Part shown: positions 63,251 through 64,000 of the stretch, piece by piece
Layout of the letters: each line of letters starts with the position of its first letter
Numbering within the stretch: the stretch's first letter is position 1
NCBI RefSeq assembly: GCF_001194135.2
Contig: NC_068981.1
Location: 53,852,210-53,916,209 of the forward strand
Length of the DNA: 64,000 bases
Direction of reading: 5' to 3'
Origin: Octopus bimaculoides
Taxonomy: Eukaryota
Notes under the pieces: generated by a model
What the model was told of the DNA's origin: nothing
Seen by the model: only the letters and a program-made list of their open reading frames with translations
Databases searched by the model: none
Position numbers and translations under genes: made by a program

Positions 63251-64000
63251 AATTTCTCGCTGAAGACAGATAGGTGTAAGCACACAAAGTCAGTTCGCAC
63301 CGTTCTCGAACTAGACTGGTGGATGCATGTGCCTTTCAGAGTGGTTATCTCCTTCAGCACTTGAGACAGGAGAGGTGGCGTTGCGAACTGACAAGAGGTA
63401 TAGGTCTGTCTTATATTCCCGTCATCGCACTATGACAGGTTGCGCTAAGTGGGGGATTTTTGAAAATTTAATTTTTTTAGGCAGCCCAAGAAGAGAGGAG
63501 CATATCATTGTTAACATTACGAATAGTGATGAAAGGTCTTTGACTGATAAACAACCTATTAATTGTTTAACCAGCACATTAAACAAACGATAGATTAGTT
63601 AGTTGAACTGATTTATTTCTTGATGTTGTGGTCTATGCATATATGGATGTATTATGTATATTGTATGTACTCATACCAGCATACAATTTTACAGGTATTT
63701 AAACCATAAAACTTAAACGTGTAGTTTTCTTTTGTCACTTATTGAACACAAAAATCTGTAAACTATAAAACTGGCCTCTTCTTAGTTACCCAACAGGCTA
63801 GAGGTAATCCCATAAAATCAGAATCACTTTGTCTTAAGTCAATTTATTGTCAAATATTTATTACAATTACTTAATGGAATTGACGAACGTTACACACTAA
63901 GAGCATGACTGCGTCTTTTATTCCCTAATACACACACACACACACACACACATACATACTTACATATTGTATACAAGCACACATGCGCACGCGCATATAT

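Overview
AT-rich, microsatellite- and retroposon-dense eukaryotic DNA with eight N gaps. The SINE/RTE repeat content looks like an octopus (coleoid cephalopod) draft assembly; this is an inference from recognising the repeats, not from a database search. Nearly all ORFs in the supplied track are spurious (microsatellites, gaps, repeats) or decayed retroelement fragments. Reading splice signals by hand gives a phase-consistent exon chain on the minus strand (19289 down to about 1846), including three consecutive microexons of 17, 12 and 11 nt. It encodes a DNA polymerase beta-type nucleotidyltransferase-fold protein whose motif (RIFTAGSYMKGTTEHRENVLDYIVKL) is co-linear with NF45/ILF2 (DZF) and OAS proteins but too divergent to be the NF45 orthologue. 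Also present: a candidate bidirectional NRF1/ETS promoter at about 1170-1210, a weaker set of plus-strand exon candidates, and a CpG-depleted domain (about 4.7-36.5 kb) suggestive of gene-body methylation. Mobile elements include RTE LINE fragments, a near-complete decayed Penelope-like element, hAT and piggyBac-type MITEs, and head-to-tail SINE chains. All gene models are manual and need RNA-seq or HMM confirmation.
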